Shown: positions 28,835 through 40,187, counted from the stretch's first letter. The stretch: 64,000 bases of DNA from an uncultured Gammaproteobacteria bacterium (GCA_964524845.1 CAZGFX010000002.1:6440-70439), one strand, 5' to 3'. Made by a program: numbers and translations. The notes: generated by a model not told the origin, from the sequence alone.

Positions 28835-30058
28835 ATGAATATAAGAAGATACATAATAACTTTAGTATCCATACTTACCTTGATAGGTGTTTTTTATGGT
28901 GGTGTCATGAAGGCTGAAACAATTGATGAATTAAATCAACGAATCAAAGAGACTAGAAAACAAGTCGAATCACTTTCTAAAAAAGCAAGTGAGCTTCAGG
29001 AAAAAATTAATACTGCACGTGGAGCAAAAACAACACTTGAGTCAGAATTAAAAATAGTAAGTCAGAAGATAGAAAAAATAAACATAACCCTTCAATACAC
29101 ATCACTTGATATTGAACGTACACAACTCGAGATAGATCAGATTGATGCAGACGTCATGTTAAAAGAAAAGCAAATTATTGATCAAAAGGAAATCATAAAA
29201 AACATGCTTAGGACTATGTATAGGCAAAAAAGCTCCAATCAGATAGAGCTTCTTCTTATGAGTAATTCTCTGGCTTCTTTTTTTACACAGTTGACACAGC
29301 TCGGACAAATAGAAGCTGTTATTACAGGAAAGGTACAAACACTAAATCAGATAAAGGATGAGCTTTCGTTACAAAAAGAAGAAAAACAGAAAAAGAAGGA
29401 CTCTCTTGAGTTATTAAAACAACAACTTGTTGTTGAGGCTGAACTTCTAGATGATACACAGATACAAAAGAATTATATTTTAGCCGAAACAAAAAACAAC
29501 GAAAAACGCTTTCAACAATTGTACGCACAAGCGATCCAAGAACGAATAAACGCAGATGCAAATATTTCAAAGGCAGAAACACTGATTAGAAAAAAGCTTC
29601 AAGAAGAAGGTCTAAAAAAACTTGGTGGAGACGGAAGTTTTGGATGGCCTGTTACATCTAGATATATAACAGCCAAGTTTCATGATCCGTCTTATCCTTT
29701 TAAAAGCATATTTCAGCATTCGGGAGTTGATATAAAAGCATCTCAAGGAAGTGCTATATATGCAACACAGGACGGTTATGTAGCAAAAACAGTAAATGGC
29801 GGTCTTTATGGCTATAGTTATATACTTTTGGTTCATGGAAATGAAAAATCAACCGTATATGGACACGTGAGTAAAATATTTGTTAGTGAGGATACTTATG
29901 TTGTTCGTGGTCAAAAAATAGCTTTATCTGGCGGTACTCCCGGTACTGCAGGAGCTGGAAGGTATACAACCGGCCCTCATCTTCATTTTGAAATACGAAA
30001 CAAAGGAATACCAATTGACCCTCTTCAGTACTTATCATCTCCTATTTTGTTGGATTAA
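28835..30058 (+). CDS. M23 (LytM) family peptidase with an N-terminal signal/TM segment and a long coiled coil (EnvC-like)
   Basis: C-terminal HSGVDIKA...GPHLHFEIR M23 metal-binding motifs. About 230 aa of heptad-repeat sequence precede them. Confidence 0.85.
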   Translation: MNIRRYIITLVSILTLIGVFYGGVMKAETIDELNQRIKETRKQVESLSKKASELQEKINTARGAKTTLESELKIVSQKIEKINITLQYTSLDIERTQLEIDQIDADVMLKEKQIIDQKEIIKNMLRTMYRQKSSNQIELLLMSNSLASFFTQLTQLGQIEAVITGKVQTLNQIKDELSLQKEEKQKKKDSLELLKQQLVVEAELLDDTQIQKNYILAETKNNEKRFQQLYAQAIQERINADANISKAETLIRKKLQEEGLKKLGGDGSFGWPVTSRYITAKFHDPSYPFKSIFQHSGVDIKASQGSAIYATQDGYVAKTVNGGLYGYSYILLVHGNEKSTVYGHVSKIFVSEDTYVVRGQKIALSGGTPGTAGAGRYTTGPHLHFEIRNKGIPIDPLQYLSSPILLD

Positions 30059-30161
30059 AAACAATAAGGTAAAAAGAATTAACAGGTGGGTATACCAAAA
30101 AACCTATAAATATTGTATAATTACAGTGCTTTTATAATACGTTAAATACCAAAAACAACCT

Positions 30162-33100
30162 ATGTTACAGCGCTTATTTAAAAAACATTTTTTTACCGGC
30201 GTATGTTTTGTTATAGCCGGAATATTTTTTGGCCTTACTGCGCATGCGGTGGAAGTAGATTTTACCGTAGCACAGCAGGCAGGATTCGGTTCTTCTACTC
30301 TTGAAGATATTGTTATTAATACAATAAAAATAATTCTTGGTTTTCTAGGTCTTGCGGCAGTTCTTATCACTCTATATGGAGGATATATATGGATGTCGTC
30401 AGGAGGAAATTTAGAAAAAATTACAAAAGCAAAGAAGACATTAAGCGCTGGCGTTGTTGGTTTGGCGATTGTGCTCAGTGCGTTTTCAATCGCTCATTTT
30501 ATTTTTGGTATTTTTGATGACGTAATGGGAGGTGGAGGAGGAATTGTAAACGAAGATACTGGTGGTGGAGATGGTGGTTGTATTGGATCGGCTTGTTTAG
30601 CTGGTGGCTCAGGAGGATTTTCCGTTTCTTCTGTTAATCCAGGAAACGGTGCGACTGCAATAGCACTTTGTAGGAAGGTGCAAGCTGTTTTTAATTCAAA
30701 TGTTGATTCCGCTTCTGTTAATTCGAATAATTTTAAAATATCATATAACAATGAGGGTTCCCAGTCTGTTATAAATGGTAATTATGCAGTAAGCGCAAAC
30801 GGTTTAACTTTTAGGCATACCGAATTGTTTCCGGCAAATAAAATAATAAATGGATATATTGCGGACGGAACCGGTTCGATAAGAAGTACAGCAGGAATCG
30901 AGATAGCGAGCAACAGAGGAAGAAACTGGTCTTTCACAACAGGAACGGAGGTTGATTCTGTTTTACCAACGGTCGATGATGTTTTTCCGTCTAGCGGCAT
31001 GAAAGATGTATGCAGAAACACAACAATAGAAATAGTATTTAGTGAAATAATGGATATTTCAACTCTTAATTACGATACAATTAAATTATTTGATGATAAG
31101 GGTAATCAAATTAATCTTTCTGGTCTGAAAATAACATCTACATTCGATTCTGTTATTATTCGTCCAGCAAGCACTCTTGAGGAAAACAAGGTGTATCGAG
31201 TTGTCGCGAGTGGAAATATAAGCGACGCGTGCGATAATAAACTTGATGGAAACAAAAATAACACAGCAGAAGGATCTCCAACTGATGATTTTGTGTGGAC
31301 ATTTACAACAGGAACAGAGATGAACTGTAGTCCGATAATTACAAACATGTCGATACAATCTGGTGCTTATGATAGCCAAACATACGAAGTTGTAATTACA
31401 GGAAAATATCTTGGTATTGCCGGTGATACTCAATTTGGAAATCTAGAATCAGGAGACAATACTTTTTGTTCATTATTTGGAACATGCGAGGATGAGGAGG
31501 ATGGTTTTGTTGTAAAAAGCAGAACTAATAACAGATGGATAACGAGAGTTCCTGTTGGTTCTGTGACAAGTCCATTAAAAATAGTTAAAGAAGAGGGTGG
31601 CCAGAGCAATGCACAATCTTTTACTGTTTTAAGTCCTTATCTGTCAGGGGTCGAAGAAAAAAGTGGAAGAGCTGGTAATTTCTTCACTTTGTATGGTACA
31701 AATTTTGGATCTGAGCCAGGAAAGGTTTCGTTTGTTTATAATGATGAAGAAGGAAATCAAAAAAGAATAGAAGCGGCTCAACTATGTAAAGAAAATGCTT
31801 GGCACGAGGATTATATTGTAGCGAACGTACCAGATCTACCAGATGCGGAATATCAAATACAAATTGAAACTGCCACCGGATTACCAAGTAATATAATTGA
31901 TTTTACAATTGATAGTACAATTCCTTCAAATCCGGGACTTTGCGGAGCAGTGCCTGTTTGTACAAACTCAGAGATGTTTCCTGTACAAACAATAGGTGTT
32001 AATCTTGGTGCCGTACCAGGAAAACTTGAGTTTACACTTGGAACAATAGAAATTCCTCCTGCCGCACAAGTAGACTGGAAGGATAATGGAATAGATTTTC
32101 GAGTAAAAGATGTAAAAAATGGAATGCATAAAATCCGCGCAACACGAATTGAAGGGAGTGGTGATGATAAGAAAGAGTTGCGTTCAAACCCTGTGTTTAT
32201 AGAAAAGCCATGCCCACCACCAAGTCCATTAAAACCTGTAATAAAATCAATTTCGCCTGATAATGGATCTAGTAAAGAAGGTACCAACACAATAATTACA
32301 ATCCTTGGGGATACTTTGGTGTATTCTGGATTGGGCGGAAAACAATCTATGTATAATGGTACTGTTGCAAAAAACTTTGGGGACAAAGGAGGTGTTGTGT
32401 ATTTTTGTCCTACAAATTTAACATTGCCAATATTACCGGGCGATGACAGGTGTGTTTCTGTATCTAAGGGAGAGTGTTTCGAATGGATAGATAACGAGAT
32501 TACTGTTACTACACCAACTCTTGCAGAAGGTGTGTATTCGGTTTATGTAAGTAAAGAAAATATTTATACAAGTGATATAAATCCTGTTGCAAAATTTACA
32601 AGTAATTCCATAGTGCGTCCTGGACTGTGTACGATTTCACCAAAAAACGGACCGGATAATACAAAAGTTACACTTACAGGCAAAACCCTTGGCGATGAAA
32701 GGGCAGATGTTGATGGTAAGATAGAATATTATAAAAATAGCTCATTTGGATTTTCAGATAATATAGAATCATGGACAAACAAGAGTATAACTCATACATC
32801 TGTATCTAATTTACCAGAACAACAATCTCTTGTTCGTGCTTGGATTACAATTCCTGATCGCGGGCAAGGTGGGGTTTTGACTTCGGGAACATATCAATCT
32901 AATTCAAAATCTTTTTATTCAAACCCTATTATTAAAGAAATATCTCCATCGAACGGACCGGTTGGTACGTATGTGAGTATTTTTGGAAAAAACTTTGGCA
33001 ATGTTCCGGGCAGAGTAATATTTAAAAAAGGTTCTGATGTGGTTGATGCAGGTGGTATAAATTGTCCTATGACATGGAAAGATAACTATGTGATAGTTTC

Positions 33101-36100
33101 TGTGCCCAGTGGTTTAGAAACAGAAGAATATTCAATTCATGTTATTCCTTATCTTCCAGGAGGAGTTGAATCTAATGGTAAGGAGTTTACGGTAAACAAA
33201 GAACCTCTTGGACCTCAGTTGTGTCCTATTTTGGAGACAGCACAACCATTCAAATTGAATTCAAAATATTTATTTATAGGTGATAATTTTGGAACGACTC
33301 CAGCGCTAGATAATAGTAGGTTGTCATGGAGTGGAATTGGCGGAGTTATTACAACCACACCAACAACAACTCCTCAATGGTCAAACACACAAGGAGAGTT
33401 TGCTGTGCCAAATAAAGAGGGTGCTGGAAGAGTAAAAATGCTTAGGACAACTAAGTTTTATACAGGTAGAAAATGCACGATTCCAACTTTTGGAGGAGTT
33501 TGTTTTACTCATTACGAGGATACTTTTGAGGATAAAACAATTGAGAGTAATTTAGTGCCTTTTGAGATAGGCGAGGGACCTAGAATTATAGACAATGATT
33601 TAACGTGCGATCCTAAAAATCCAAAATCTCTTTCTCCTGCTCCAAAAAGCGGAGAGACTGTGTGTAAGCAACGCTCAATAAATCTTTCTTTTGATAAACC
33701 AATTGATCCGGAGACTTTAAACTCAGCAAATATAATTATTAATAAGAGAAAAGATAATGGCGTTGGTTATATAACACTTACTAACACTTCTGATAAGAAG
33801 GAGTATAGTATCATACCAACAGGAAATGGATTTAGTGTACTTTTGTTTAATGATAATGGTCAGCACGAGATATCAACAACTTCATATGAAATTATTGTAG
33901 GAAACTTTGATTCAGAAGGCATTAAATCTTCAAACGGTTTGAAGATGCAACCAATTACAATATCAGGATCCTCAATTATTGATGGGTTTAAATGGAATTT
34001 TAATGGAAATGGTGAAAACTGTGTATTTCCTGCAAACGCTCAGTATTCCATAGCAAACACCGATCCATTAAGGCTTACTCGGGCTCATAATACAGAAACA
34101 CTATCAACCCAGATACTGGATCCAAATACATGTAATGCATTTGTTTTTGGCGGTGATACGTGGACACTTACTCCAAATACACAAACTCCGGCTACATTTG
34201 CGACACTCGGTGGTACAACAACAAAGAATATTACAGGTACGAGCGATGGAGTTGGTATACTTTCCGCTTCAACAAATATTGAAGGAAGAGTATTTACCGA
34301 CTCTAATAAAATAGAGGTGCTTTATGAAGACGCTCGGCCAAAAGTCGTCGTGCGTAATTCATGTAATGAGAAAGATCCTCAAGATTATTCTCCATCTCCA
34401 AAAAACGGAGCTAACAATGTGTGTACAACGTCAGGAATATATATTGAATATAATAAATTTCTTGATCCAAACTCAATAACCACTGGTGCTATAAATATAA
34501 TGATTGGAGGTAAAGAAGTTGAGTTGCCAGAGTCGCCCAAGACACCAAAAAATGAAGTCCCAGATGGACTAATACAAGAAACAGAAGGTAAACCAATAAT
34601 AACACTTATTTCGGGCGATATTGGTAATGAAAATGGTATTATAGGATTTAAGATTAATATTGGTACTCTTGTTGTTGGTTCTGAATATGAAATATCAGTA
34701 AATGGAGTTGTTGGTGAAAATGGTTTTCCAGCAGAAGAATATTCATGGTCTTTTGAGACAGGAAGTAGTGAATGTACAATAGATCAAGAAAATACAGTTG
34801 TTCGAATGACAGCTAAAGACCCAATCCGTCTTACAACATATGATCCTTATTTATTGAGCGCAAACTTATATAATAAAAATGATTTGTGTCAGCCAATTAA
34901 CGTACAAAAAACAGATACATGGTCAACAGGAAATATTTCTATTGCTAAAATAGAAAATACAACAAATCTAGTTGCCGTTGCTGAAACAGGTAATACAACA
35001 GTAACTGTACAAACGACTGCTCAAGGATTATCTTTTACCGACACAAACGATGTAAAAGTTAATATTATAAAATCATGTAAAGATCCTGAAGCCGTTAATT
35101 ATAATCCAAACGCAACGGTTGTAAACAATGCGACTTGTAAATATATCACAGTCACGGAAATTACTCCAACAAGCGGTCGTGCAGTAGGTGATTCAAATGA
35201 CACCGTGGTTACAATTACCGGGTCAAACTTCATGGATGCTATTAATGGTCCTGCTGGATCAGGAGCTGTATATTTTTGTCCTACTACAGGATATGAAAAC
35301 ATAGAAAAAGATTGTGAAAAAAGCACAATAACTTCTTGTGGAACATGGTATTCTGATTCGGTCACAATAGACGTTCCTAAACTGACACTCAATAAACAAT
35401 ATGAGGTACGTGTTGTTGATGCAAATGGAAAAATTGATCGTCGTTCTACAAATTCAACTGTATTTTTTACAGCAACAAATGATTTACAACCAGGTCTTTG
35501 TTCTCTAGATCCAATAAGTGGAACCATAGGACAAAAAACTATTATTAATGGAAGAAATCTAGGAAATGTTAAAAATAGCAGCAGTGTTTTATTTAAGACG
35601 ACACCAGCAACTATTCTGTCTTCTTCTGATTGGTCAAACGAAAAAGTTTCAGCATCCGTTCCACAAGTAGATGAGACAGTAAATGTTTCGGCTAAAATTC
35701 AATTTGGTACAACGACATTTAAAAATTCAAACCCATTGCTATTCTTCGCGCCACCTGTAATCACAGGAATATCTCCTGAAAAAGGAAACAATAATGCATT
35801 TATTACAATAAGCGGAAAAAATTTTGGCAACATACCTGGAATCGTATATTTTAAATCAGGAAACACTGATATTACAGCTGAGTTTCCTACACAATGTAAT
35901 ACCAACTGGACAAATAAAACAATTGTTGTGAAAGTGCCGTCAGGACTTTCTACAAATGCGAAAGTGCGTGTTATACCAGGGTATCAGACAAGATTAGTAT
36001 CGAATGAGAAGGATTTTGTTTATGATTCTAAATTATTGGTTGGTCCGCAATTGTGTCAATTAACAAGTCAATATATTTCTCCGGAAACAGACATTACTTT

Positions 36101-38789
36101 CAATGGAGAAAATTTTACAGATAATCCTGGTGGAAAAATGATTTGGAGCGGTATAAACAAAGAAACTTCTTACGATGGAGAAGGGTGGACACCGACTCAG
36201 GTGGTATTCACATCTCCTGATTCGCAAGGCGAGGGGTTTGTGCGTTTAGAAAAAAAAGTTATTATCAATACAGGAAAATTTACGTGCCAAGGGTTTGAGT
36301 TTGGAAACGTATGTCTAGGAATAAGATCGGATAAACAAGATATTACACTTGTAAGTAATGAAATTCCATTTGTTTTGGCAAACGCTCCGGAAGTTGTTGA
36401 ACGTACTCAGTGTGATGGGATAAATCCGATTTCTCCTGCTCCTACAAAAGATTCAAATAATGTTTGTAGAAATACAGCACTGTATCTTGAATTTAATCAA
36501 AAGATAGAATCATCATCGTTAAATTATGATAATATAGTTATAACAAGAAGCGGAGGACCTTTATCAAAGGTAAATGAGTCTGGTGATGTTTTGTTGGCAG
36601 GAAAGAGTTTGGCAAGATCTCAGACAGTAAATGAACCACCTGATAACGACGAACCAACAGACCTAACAAGTTTTGATTACACTATTGTTCCTATGCAAAA
36701 AGGTTTCTTCATTAGATTTAATAATCTTTTGTCACCAAGTAGATTATATACTGTAAGAGTTAGTAATATTATTAATTCTTTTGGTGTTCCTATGTCAACT
36801 CCATATGAGTGGAGTTTTACGACACAGGCACAATCATGCACCCCAACAAAAGGGACACTAAGTATAATAGCAAGATATCCTAGAGTTGATGGTGTATTAA
36901 GCGCTGTTGATAACGATAGGCCAATTACTCTTTCAGAAAATTATTTATCAAGAGAATTATATGGAAACTTCATTGATGGGCAGTGTATACCAGTAAGTCT
37001 TGGAGATGACGATGTTGTATGGACATCCGGAGATCAAAAAGTAGCAAAAATTAACTCTGTTTCTAAGATTTATTCAATATATGGAATTAGTTATGGAACG
37101 ACATTTGTTAATGCATCATATGCATCTTTCACGGCAAAGGAAAATGTTAATGTAAATATTTCCGGAGATCTTATAACATTCCATTATCCTTATTTTAATC
37201 AGGAAGATGTGTGTAGAAACACAAACATTGCTATTACATTTAAAGAAAATGTCGCCTTGCCACTTGATGAAACTTCTATAATACTAGAATCTTGTGGATC
37301 AGAAAGTATATTCAATCAAGAAGGCAAAGATAATACATGTGTTAATCCAGAAGTTGTTGTTGGTGACTTAATATCACAGGGTAACAGAGTGTTTTTTACA
37401 CCTTCTGATAATTTGAAACAAAACACAATTTATCATGCTCGTTCAAATTCAATAACACTAGAAACAGGTATTACATCAAAAGAAGCTGATTGGTGGTTTA
37501 AAACCGTGAATACAAACGGTCTGTGTACTCTTGAAACACTTAGACTTACACCTCTTGATTATGAATTCACTGGATTACAATCAGTAAATTTCCTTGCAGA
37601 GGCGCTTGATGGAGCTGGAAATTCGATTCAATCCGATTTCTCTTGGAAGATTGACGACCTTTCTTTAATTGAAAGTGTATATATCATGAACGGATCTAAT
37701 ATAATAAAACCCGTTGGAAATAAGAATGGTGTTACCACAGTATCTGTGACAGCAGATAGTGGTATTGCCGGAAACAAAACAGCTTCTACAAATATAACTG
37801 TTAATACATGTCAAAAACCATGGTCAGGAATTGATGGGAAGGGTGAGCTTTATGACAGCGAAAACCAATTTTCTCTATCATATTGTCTCGATGGAGGAAA
37901 TCCTAATATTAGAATTTCTAAATCTCCTCAAATTATAAATACACCCGATCCTTCAGGATTAAAATCAGATATGTTGGCACAGTATTTCATGACTGTGGAT
38001 CCAAACACCACCCCTGTATTAACAGATCAGTGCGGAGACGGAGTTATCAAATATTCGGAACAATGTGATTGCGGAACAAAAAACATATGTATACCAGCAT
38101 CTCTTGGAAATAATTCTTGTGTAGGAAAAACATCAAAAAATAATATTGAAGTTGTATATTGTACAAATCAGTGTAAGTTAAATATAAATTCTTGTTTCTC
38201 TTGGGATACGTCAGAAAAAACATCTAATATAAAAAACACAAATGGTATATTAACACTCGACAACCCTTCTATAAACGGAAGCATTGAATATATAATCAAT
38301 TCAAATATATCAAATCATCCGTGGACAGGAATATTCTGGAATGGAAATATACCTAAGTTCGGAGAAACATCTTCTCAAAAATCTTCTATCACAATGTCAT
38401 ATAAAGCAAACAACTCTTGTAAGATTGATACAATGTCAGGAGGAGCCGAGTCTGTATTACTTGATCAGAATATAAAAACAGTTGGTTTTTCGGATAACAC
38501 GAAGGGATCTTGTCTATATATCAAATTATCACTAGCTCCCGTGACATCTAATCAGTGGGTTCCAAATACAAATTATACGAAAAACACAAAATTGAAAGCA
38601 AATAATCAAATATATAATGTTGCGATATCAGGGTATAAATCAGGATCAAGCATAGACAATGATGTTACAACTGGAAAATTAGAAAACTTAACATCTGAAG
38701 TATCGCCATCGGTAAATTCAATTATTATAAGCGGTGGAGAAAGTATTAATATAGCAAATGATTTTGATAAACAAAATTTAGCCGAATAA
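30162..38789 (+). CDS. Giant (2875 aa) surface protein. Signal peptide plus a VirB2/TrbC-pilin-like two-helix N-terminal anchor, a Gly-rich linker, at least five Big_5-like and many IPT/TIG-like Ig-fold domains, and a C-terminal Cys-rich CGDG...CDCG module.
   Basis: A single uninterrupted ORF. Recurring domain-boundary motifs (PGLC/PQLC followed by ISPxxGxxGTxVTIxGxNFG). Five SPxPxxGxxxVCxNTxIxxxF...LN units. The C-terminal DQCGDGVIKYSEQCDCG resembles the Myxococcus-type cysteine-rich repeat. Confidence 0.85.
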   Translation: MLQRLFKKHFFTGVCFVIAGIFFGLTAHAVEVDFTVAQQAGFGSSTLEDIVINTIKIILGFLGLAAVLITLYGGYIWMSSGGNLEKITKAKKTLSAGVVGLAIVLSAFSIAHFIFGIFDDVMGGGGGIVNEDTGGGDGGCIGSACLAGGSGGFSVSSVNPGNGATAIALCRKVQAVFNSNVDSASVNSNNFKISYNNEGSQSVINGNYAVSANGLTFRHTELFPANKIINGYIADGTGSIRSTAGIEIASNRGRNWSFTTGTEVDSVLPTVDDVFPSSGMKDVCRNTTIEIVFSEIMDISTLNYDTIKLFDDKGNQINLSGLKITSTFDSVIIRPASTLEENKVYRVVASGNISDACDNKLDGNKNNTAEGSPTDDFVWTFTTGTEMNCSPIITNMSIQSGAYDSQTYEVVITGKYLGIAGDTQFGNLESGDNTFCSLFGTCEDEEDGFVVKSRTNNRWITRVPVGSVTSPLKIVKEEGGQSNAQSFTVLSPYLSGVEEKSGRAGNFFTLYGTNFGSEPGKVSFVYNDEEGNQKRIEAAQLCKENAWHEDYIVANVPDLPDAEYQIQIETATGLPSNIIDFTIDSTIPSNPGLCGAVPVCTNSEMFPVQTIGVNLGAVPGKLEFTLGTIEIPPAAQVDWKDNGIDFRVKDVKNGMHKIRATRIEGSGDDKKELRSNPVFIEKPCPPPSPLKPVIKSISPDNGSSKEGTNTIITILGDTLVYSGLGGKQSMYNGTVAKNFGDKGGVVYFCPTNLTLPILPGDDRCVSVSKGECFEWIDNEITVTTPTLAEGVYSVYVSKENIYTSDINPVAKFTSNSIVRPGLCTISPKNGPDNTKVTLTGKTLGDERADVDGKIEYYKNSSFGFSDNIESWTNKSITHTSVSNLPEQQSLVRAWITIPDRGQGGVLTSGTYQSNSKSFYSNPIIKEISPSNGPVGTYVSIFGKNFGNVPGRVIFKKGSDVVDAGGINCPMTWKDNYVIVSVPSGLETEEYSIHVIPYLPGGVESNGKEFTVNKEPLGPQLCPILETAQPFKLNSKYLFIGDNFGTTPALDNSRLSWSGIGGVITTTPTTTPQWSNTQGEFAVPNKEGAGRVKMLRTTKFYTGRKCTIPTFGGVCFTHYEDTFEDKTIESNLVPFEIGEGPRIIDNDLTCDPKNPKSLSPAPKSGETVCKQRSINLSFDKPIDPETLNSANIIINKRKDNGVGYITLTNTSDKKEYSIIPTGNGFSVLLFNDNGQHEISTTSYEIIVGNFDSEGIKSSNGLKMQPITISGSSIIDGFKWNFNGNGENCVFPANAQYSIANTDPLRLTRAHNTETLSTQILDPNTCNAFVFGGDTWTLTPNTQTPATFATLGGTTTKNITGTSDGVGILSASTNIEGRVFTDSNKIEVLYEDARPKVVVRNSCNEKDPQDYSPSPKNGANNVCTTSGIYIEYNKFLDPNSITTGAINIMIGGKEVELPESPKTPKNEVPDGLIQETEGKPIITLISGDIGNENGIIGFKINIGTLVVGSEYEISVNGVVGENGFPAEEYSWSFETGSSECTIDQENTVVRMTAKDPIRLTTYDPYLLSANLYNKNDLCQPINVQKTDTWSTGNISIAKIENTTNLVAVAETGNTTVTVQTTAQGLSFTDTNDVKVNIIKSCKDPEAVNYNPNATVVNNATCKYITVTEITPTSGRAVGDSNDTVVTITGSNFMDAINGPAGSGAVYFCPTTGYENIEKDCEKSTITSCGTWYSDSVTIDVPKLTLNKQYEVRVVDANGKIDRRSTNSTVFFTATNDLQPGLCSLDPISGTIGQKTIINGRNLGNVKNSSSVLFKTTPATILSSSDWSNEKVSASVPQVDETVNVSAKIQFGTTTFKNSNPLLFFAPPVITGISPEKGNNNAFITISGKNFGNIPGIVYFKSGNTDITAEFPTQCNTNWTNKTIVVKVPSGLSTNAKVRVIPGYQTRLVSNEKDFVYDSKLLVGPQLCQLTSQYISPETDITFNGENFTDNPGGKMIWSGINKETSYDGEGWTPTQVVFTSPDSQGEGFVRLEKKVIINTGKFTCQGFEFGNVCLGIRSDKQDITLVSNEIPFVLANAPEVVERTQCDGINPISPAPTKDSNNVCRNTALYLEFNQKIESSSLNYDNIVITRSGGPLSKVNESGDVLLAGKSLARSQTVNEPPDNDEPTDLTSFDYTIVPMQKGFFIRFNNLLSPSRLYTVRVSNIINSFGVPMSTPYEWSFTTQAQSCTPTKGTLSIIARYPRVDGVLSAVDNDRPITLSENYLSRELYGNFIDGQCIPVSLGDDDVVWTSGDQKVAKINSVSKIYSIYGISYGTTFVNASYASFTAKENVNVNISGDLITFHYPYFNQEDVCRNTNIAITFKENVALPLDETSIILESCGSESIFNQEGKDNTCVNPEVVVGDLISQGNRVFFTPSDNLKQNTIYHARSNSITLETGITSKEADWWFKTVNTNGLCTLETLRLTPLDYEFTGLQSVNFLAEALDGAGNSIQSDFSWKIDDLSLIESVYIMNGSNIIKPVGNKNGVTTVSVTADSGIAGNKTASTNITVNTCQKPWSGIDGKGELYDSENQFSLSYCLDGGNPNIRISKSPQIINTPDPSGLKSDMLAQYFMTVDPNTTPVLTDQCGDGVIKYSEQCDCGTKNICIPASLGNNSCVGKTSKNNIEVVYCTNQCKLNINSCFSWDTSEKTSNIKNTNGILTLDNPSINGSIEYIINSNISNHPWTGIFWNGNIPKFGETSSQKSSITMSYKANNSCKIDTMSGGAESVLLDQNIKTVGFSDNTKGSCLYIKLSLAPVTSNQWVPNTNYTKNTKLKANNQIYNVAISGYKSGSSIDNDVTTGKLENLTSEVSPSVNSIIISGGESINIANDFDKQNLAE

Positions 38790-38792
38790 AAA

Positions 38793-40187
38793 ATGAAGTT
38801 AAGATTTTACGGAGCAACACGAGGTGTAACAGGGTCAAAACACCTTGTTGAAACAGTGCACGGGAACATACTGCTTGATTGTGGTTTATTTCAAGGTACT
38901 CGAAAAGAAGCCGAACAAATGAATAAAAATCTTCCTGATATAGGGAATACGTTAAATGCCGTCGTTCTCTCTCATGCTCATCTGGATCATTGCGGTGCAC
39001 TCCCTATGCTTTGTAAACAAGGGTTTACAGGAAAAATATATATGACTCCAGCGACTGCTGATGTTGCATATTATATTTTAATGGACGCCGCTCACATACA
39101 AGAACAGGATATAGAATATCTTAATAGAAAAAAACAACAAAGAGGCGAACCATTAGAAGAACCCTTATTCACAGAAAAAGACATTGAGTGTGTTCTTGAT
39201 CAGTTTGTTACCGTGCCTTATTATGAGCCATTTCATCCTATGAAAGGTGTTGAAGGAGTGTTTTTTGATGCCGGACACATACTCGGTTCCGCCCAAATAC
39301 ACCTAACTGTGAAAGAAGATTCCGTTCATACAAGATTAGCGTTTACCGGCGACCTTGGTAGGTGGAATATGCCGATTATTAAAGATCCTGATCCGCTTCC
39401 TGATAGTGATACCATTATTACAGAAAGTACTTATGGTGACCGTCTTCACGAAACATTTGAAGATACGAGAAAAAAATTAAAAGAAATTATAATTGATTCC
39501 GTTGCGCATAAGGCAAAAATAGTTATTCCGGCATTTGCGCTTGGACGTACACAAGAAATAATATATATCTTCCATGATCTTATAAGAAATCATGAAATTC
39601 CAAATGTACCGATATATGTTGATAGTCCTCTTTCTGGAAATATTACAGAGGTATTCAAAAAGCACCCAGAGTGTTTCGACGCCGAAACATACAAAAAAAT
39701 TCTTAATAAAAAAGATGATCCTTTTGGTTTTGAAAATCTTATTTATACGAGTTCAGCGAACGATTCAAAAGCGATTAATGCTGTACATGGACCAGTTGTG
39801 ATTATTTCTGCTTCCGGAATGTGTGAATATGGTCGTATACGTCATCATCTGGCTAATACGATAACAGATCCAAACAATGTAGTTCTAATTACAGGATTTA
39901 TGGCTGAACACACTCTAGGAAGAAAGCTCGTCGAAGGTGAAAAAACTGTGAAAATTTGGGATGAATTTTTTGATGTTCGTGCTCGCATTCATATTTTCAA
40001 CGGATTTTCTGCTCATGCAGATTATGAGGAAATTATACGTCATATAAGACCAATTAAGTCTTTAAAAAATGTTTTTCTAGTTCATGGAGAAGAAACACAG
40101 ATGCAAAGAATATATGAAAGGTTGAGATTGTTTAACGAAAAATTTAATTTGCACCGCCCTTTAATGGGAGAAGAATTTTCATTATAA
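38793..40187 (+). CDS. MBL-fold beta-CASP ribonuclease (RNase J / CPSF-like family)
   Basis: HAHLDHCG metallo-beta-lactamase motif, then beta-CASP motifs (D...H...H) and a C-terminal RMMBL-like region. 464 aa. Confidence 0.8.
   Translation: MKLRFYGATRGVTGSKHLVETVHGNILLDCGLFQGTRKEAEQMNKNLPDIGNTLNAVVLSHAHLDHCGALPMLCKQGFTGKIYMTPATADVAYYILMDAAHIQEQDIEYLNRKKQQRGEPLEEPLFTEKDIECVLDQFVTVPYYEPFHPMKGVEGVFFDAGHILGSAQIHLTVKEDSVHTRLAFTGDLGRWNMPIIKDPDPLPDSDTIITESTYGDRLHETFEDTRKKLKEIIIDSVAHKAKIVIPAFALGRTQEIIYIFHDLIRNHEIPNVPIYVDSPLSGNITEVFKKHPECFDAETYKKILNKKDDPFGFENLIYTSSANDSKAINAVHGPVVIISASGMCEYGRIRHHLANTITDPNNVVLITGFMAEHTLGRKLVEGEKTVKIWDEFFDVRARIHIFNGFSAHADYEEIIRHIRPIKSLKNVFLVHGEETQMQRIYERLRLFNEKFNLHRPLMGEEFSL

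Noticed and set aside
31853-35527. Antisense ORFs (31853-32386 and 35099-35527) inside the giant gene
   Set aside because: They are embedded in a continuous, domain-structured sense ORF and have no start signals.
30162-38789. Diversity-generating retroelement targeting the giant protein
   Set aside because: There is no reverse transcriptase gene in the window. I could not find a template/variable repeat pair with adenine-specific mismatches near the 3' end of the gene.
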